A program made the translations under genes and the position numbers. Positions 63,224 through 64,000 of a stretch of 64,000 nucleotides of DNA are shown here, one piece after another (the first letter of the stretch is position 1; each line of letters begins with the position of its first letter). This DNA is from Candidatus Poribacteria bacterium. Its GTDB lineage: Bacteria > Poribacteria > WGA-4E > WGA-3G. The stretch spans positions 960,001-1,024,000 of the forward strand of contig OZ243938.1 of NCBI GenBank assembly GCA_965214095.1, written 5' to 3'. Below the pieces are notes generated by a model that saw nothing but the letters and a program-made list of their open reading frames with translations, was not told where the DNA came from and made no database searches.

Positions 63224-64000
63224 ATGCAAGACAAACCGAATTATTTTGTTCATCTATGTGTCAGTTCAATACTGTTTATCTTGATTATTTTTTCAGGATG
63301 CGGTGATAAACAGGATAAGGAATGGTATACTATATATGGTGGCGTGATTGGGGGAAGTTTTTCTCAGTTTGCCGGTGGCATTAAACAGATTGCCCAGCAC
63401 AATGTACCTGATATAAAGCTCTCTGTTGTAGCATCCGCAGGTTCAGTCGAAAATACACGTCGTGTTAATGAAGAAGAGAATGCACTCGGGGTAGTATTTG
63501 CATCTGAAAGTTCGCTTGGGTATAATGGTGAAGAAGCATTTGCAGAAGTGGGACCAAGAAATAATATCCGCATGGTTACGCTTTTATATTATGCTTATGG
63601 ACAATTTTCAACACTCGAAAACAGCAATGTGCATGTGTTTGATGATATTGTAGGGACTAAGGTTGCTTGTGGTGCCCCTGGTTCTGGTACTGCTAAAACT
63701 ATGGAACGGCTTGCAAAGGCAGCAGGAATTTGGAAAGAAATCACACCGAGTTATAGAGGTGGTACTGCTGGAGCACAAGCATTACAGGATGGTCAGGTTC
63801 AAGGTTTTCTATGGTTAGTCAGTGTTCCAAATCATGCAATAATTGAATTGACAGCAATTAAATCTATTCGCATGATAGACCTTGATACCCCTGCAAAGAA
63901 GCACGGCTTTTATGACAAATATCCGTACTATTTTCCTTCCAAATTGCCAGAAGGTATGTATGAAGGTAAAGTTGAACCCGTGAGAACAATTACCATGCCA
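63224..64000 (+). CDS. TAXI-family solute-binding lipoprotein, 3' partial (not in ORF track)
   Basis: MQDKPNY...FSGC lipobox; GGSFSQ, SAGSVEN, GAPGSG, ALQDG; open to the window end. Confidence 0.8.
   Translation, partial: MQDKPNYFVHLCVSSILFILIIFSGCGDKQDKEWYTIYGGVIGGSFSQFAGGIKQIAQHNVPDIKLSVVASAGSVENTRRVNEEENALGVVFASESSLGYNGEEAFAEVGPRNNIRMVTLLYYAYGQFSTLENSNVHVFDDIVGTKVACGAPGSGTAKTMERLAKAAGIWKEITPSYRGGTAGAQALQDGQVQGFLWLVSVPNHAIIELTAIKSIRMIDLDTPAKKHGFYDKYPYYFPSKLPEGMYEGKVEPVRTITMP

Overview
Bacterial chromosomal window, probably Candidatus Poribacteria or a similar sponge-symbiont lineage. This is inferred from the many WD40/cohesin/dockerin proteins ending in 'YPNPFNPETWIPY', plus PhyH and sulfatase-family genes. 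Core content: a tRNA-Ala-23S-5S unit with its own promoters and no 16S; moeB; cydAB; ffh-rpsP-khpA-trmD-rplS-rnhB-yraN; tRNA-Phe/Thr; dsbD; two TAXI binding proteins. About 17.4-38.2 kb is an accessory block of secreted beta-propeller genes with tandem paralogues, two kinds of C-terminal tail, sigma-54-type promoters with a shared palindrome, and a fused restriction-methylase. Two tnpB-only IS200/IS605 elements have ends that resolve to the base: one supplies the stop codon of a PorX-like gene, the other splits an antitoxin from its start codon. A halogenase / CoA-ligase / radical-SAM / Fe-ADH cluster lies near the right end. The most unusual unexplained structure is intergenic: GTAG-type REP hairpins are repeatedly wrapped in the terminal inverted repeats of at least four unrelated miniature transposon types, nested up to three deep. 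All calls come from reading the sequence; no database searches were run.
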